From assembly GCA_963978095.1 (NCBI GenBank), contig CAXBQP010000045.1, forward strand, positions 1 to 27,060: a stretch of 27,060 nt of DNA. Reading direction: 5' to 3'. Below the pieces are notes generated by a model. It was not told where the DNA came from. It saw nothing but the letters and a program-made list of their open reading frames with translations, and did no database searches. Origin of the DNA: an uncultured bacterium. Its GTDB lineage: Bacteria; Gemmatimonadota; Gemmatimonadetes; Gemmatimonadales; Gemmatimonadaceae. Position 1 is the stretch's first letter, and the number at the start of each line of letters is the position of its first letter. The translations under genes were made by a program, and so were the position numbers. This document shows positions 25,193 to 27,060 of this stretch, one piece after another.

Positions 25193-27060
25193 CGGTCGTC
25201 GCCGAGCGCGCGGAAATAGCGCGCGAGCCCATCGGCGATCCCGAGCGCGTACTGCGACTGGAACTCGGGGGTGCGCAGGGCGGCCTCCTGACGCGGAATG
25301 ATGACGAAGGCCCCCTCGCAGAGTACCGCCGGCATCCAGGTGAGGCGGGCGACGGCGAGGTTGTCGTAATTGATGCCCTGGTCGCGGAGGCCCAGCTGCT
25401 CGACCAGCCCGCGTTGGACCTGCCGCGCGAGTCCCTCGGAATGATCGAGGTAGAAGTACGTCCCGGTGCCGTTGGCCCCTTTGGCGGGGTTCACGCCGTC
25501 GGGCCAGGCATTCAGATGGATGCTCACGAAGGCGTCGCCATCGGCGCGGCGCGCGAGGGACGGACGGGCGGCGAGTGCGACGGCGGCGCGGGTGGTGCGC
25601 GTCATCACCACGGTGGCGCCTCGCGCTTCGAGCAGCGCCTTGAGTTTCTCACCGACGCCGAGCGTCACGTCGCCTTCGTAGAGTCCGGTGGGGCCCGTGG
25701 AGCCGATCGGCGGATGGCCGGGATCCACGACGATCGTGCGTCCCGCCAGTGGACGGAGCGGGTCGATGGCCGGCGCGTGGCGGAGCCGCACCACCAGCGC
25801 GCCGCGGTCCCAGAGGACGCCGTAGCCGGCACTCGGGTGGCGAAGATGGATCGTGTAGCGGACACGATCCGAGGCGAGCGGTTCCCACGTGACGTCGCGG
25901 ACCGTCGGATCGTTGGTGGCGAAGTTGATCAGGTCGGTGTTCGCCGTCGTCCCGTACAGCGTCAGCAGGATGGCATCGCGCGTCTCGGCCACGAGATACG
26001 GCGGGCGCTCGTTCATGCTGAGCCGCAGGTCGCTCCAGCCGCCGTTCACGGCGACGCGCCCGGTGGAGACGGTGCGCCGCGGCGCCGCGGCGTCGGGGCG
26101 GTCGCGCGTGGCCTTGGTTTCCACCCACGCCTCGAGCTGCCCGTCGAGCCGCACGCGCGACCACTCACCGCGCGTGCCGGTCAGCTCGACCAGCGTTCCG
26201 GGAAACAGGGCCCACTTGTAGGTCCCGTCGGGGGCGGGGCGAAGGTTCACGACGCGGTCCGTGTCGGAGGGGGCGTCGTTGTTGGCGAGCAGTTCGACCA
26301 GACGGGGCTGCGCCTGATCCAGCAGCTGCACCGCCGCGGTCGCCACGTTCACTTTCTCGGTACCTCGCGTCACCACGAGGGTGCCCGGCTGCGCCAGATC
26401 GTGCGCCGCGACCTCCGTGCTCCACGAGACGCCGGTGGTGTGGCGCAGCGGCAGCAACTCGCCTGCGGCGGTGCGCAAGACGACGGTGGCGTTGGCCGGT
26501 GCGCGCAGCGCGACACGCACACGCTCGTCCGGTCGCAGCATCAGTTTGCCGGACGGCGCCACCGAGCCACGATCCACGAGCAGCGGGCCGGTCTCCGGCA
26601 GCGTCATCGCGAGCGGACGCAGCGCCACCGACAACACCGCCGTCACGCTGTCGGCGTCGCGGCGCGCCATGAGTTCATACCGCGGCTTGTCACCCGGCGG
26701 CACCGCAAGCCATGCGAGGAAGGCGCCATTCGGTTCCACCCGGACCGTGGTGCCATTGATGGTCAAGGTCGCACGACCGGACCCCACGGTGCCATACAGG
26801 AAGTTCGAATCGCGCACCGTCAGCTGCTGCCCCGGCGAGGGATACACGACCTTGATGCCCAGGGCGCCATCCACGAACGGAATTTCTGGCAACGGCGGCG
26901 CGGGCGTGCTGGCCCGGTCCTCGATAGGACGCTGGACGGGACGCGGGACGGGTGTCGGCGTGCGCGGCCGGATGGTGGAATCTGCGCGTGGCGCCGTGGT
27001 CGAAGCCGGTGAAGCGCTCGGGGCCGACGCCGGCCCTGGCGCCGGCCCTGGCGCGGCAGC
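25189..27060 (-). CDS. N-acetylmuramoyl-L-alanine amidase (Amidase_3) with long N-terminal accessory region; 5' end lies beyond the right edge
   Basis: C-terminal IVVDPGH, GLYEGD, VVMTR, FVSIHLNA and PAVLCEGAF contain all Zn/catalytic positions. SH3b-like segment GTLVELTGTRGEWSRVRLDGQLEAWV. The frame stays open upstream of the track's TTG 26892 to the window end as a Pro/Ala-rich linker. Confidence 0.92.
   Translation of the reverse strand, partial: AAAPGPAPGPASAPSASPASTTAPRADSTIRPRTPTPVPRPVQRPIEDRASTPAPPLPEIPFVDGALGIKVVYPSPGQQLTVRDSNFLYGTVGSGRATLTINGTTVRVEPNGAFLAWLAVPPGDKPRYELMARRDADSVTAVLSVALRPLAMTLPETGPLLVDRGSVAPSGKLMLRPDERVRVALRAPANATVVLRTAAGELLPLRHTTGVSWSTEVAAHDLAQPGTLVVTRGTEKVNVATAAVQLLDQAQPRLVELLANNDAPSDTDRVVNLRPAPDGTYKWALFPGTLVELTGTRGEWSRVRLDGQLEAWVETKATRDRPDAAAPRRTVSTGRVAVNGGWSDLRLSMNERPPYLVAETRDAILLTLYGTTANTDLINFATNDPTVRDVTWEPLASDRVRYTIHLRHPSAGYGVLWDRGALVVRLRHAPAIDPLRPLAGRTIVVDPGHPPIGSTGPTGLYEGDVTLGVGEKLKALLEARGATVVMTRTTRAAVALAARPSLARRADGDAFVSIHLNAWPDGVNPAKGANGTGTYFYLDHSEGLARQVQRGLVEQLGLRDQGINYDNLAVARLTWMPAVLCEGAFVIIPRQEAALRTPEFQSQYALGIADGLARYFRALGDDR
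27028..27054. repeat. 12-bp tandem repeat (2.25 copies) encoding APGP-APGP in the amidase linker
   Basis: CGCCGGCCCTGG CGCCGGCCCTGG CGC. Confidence 0.8.

Noticed and set aside
26890..26892. TTG 26892 as the amidase start
   Set aside because: The frame is open to the window edge, encodes a Pro/Ala linker, and no signal peptide follows the TTG; the real start is outside the window.
4241..27012. Very long plus-strand ORFs (4241-6832, 13877-16588, 17278-19860, 22373-25219, 24982-27012) and minus ORF 10952-12418
   Set aside because: They lie antisense to motif-supported genes, are Arg/His/Val-rich without recognisable motifs, and are the expected stop-poor shadow frames of high-GC coding DNA.
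1..27060. CRISPR array, tRNA/rRNA, transposase, integrase or defence genes
   Set aside because: I saw no regularly spaced repeats, RNA-gene signatures or such protein motifs. Recurring nucleotide similarity in 1-7999 comes from coding Asp-box repeats.

Overview
High-GC bacterial chromosomal segment with 14 protein genes, 12 of them on the minus strand. The gene mix and Gly/Arg-rich exported proteins suggest Gemmatimonadota (inference). Left to right: (1) two large exported BNR/VPS10-type beta-propeller proteins, the first running off the left edge and missing from the ORF track, flanking a Tat-signal Gfo/Idh/MocA oxidoreductase; (2) an ABC ATPase plus 'putative ABC exporter' permease; (3) a divergent membrane-fused spermidine-synthase-like SAM enzyme and a small membrane protein; (4) an exported metzincin metalloprotease; (5) rsmD; (6) class II B12-dependent ribonucleotide reductase nrdJ, preceded by a ~530-bp AT-richer intergenic region with a 33-bp inverted repeat; (7) a tightly coupled four-gene operon: N-acetylmuramoyl-L-alanine amidase (5' end beyond the right edge), a gluzincin-peptidase/beta-propeller/Omp85-barrel fusion, a gamma-carbonic-anhydrase-family protein and a FixL/DosP-like PAS histidine kinase. 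I saw no rRNA, tRNA, CRISPR array or mobile element. The best candidate for an under-described system is the amidase-Omp85/peptidase-gammaCA-PAS kinase operon. Smaller oddities include a leucine-zipper insert in NrdJ, a probable CTG start for rsmD, Gln at +1 of every Sec-exported protein and a shared promoter motif. All family calls come from reading motifs by eye; no searches were run.
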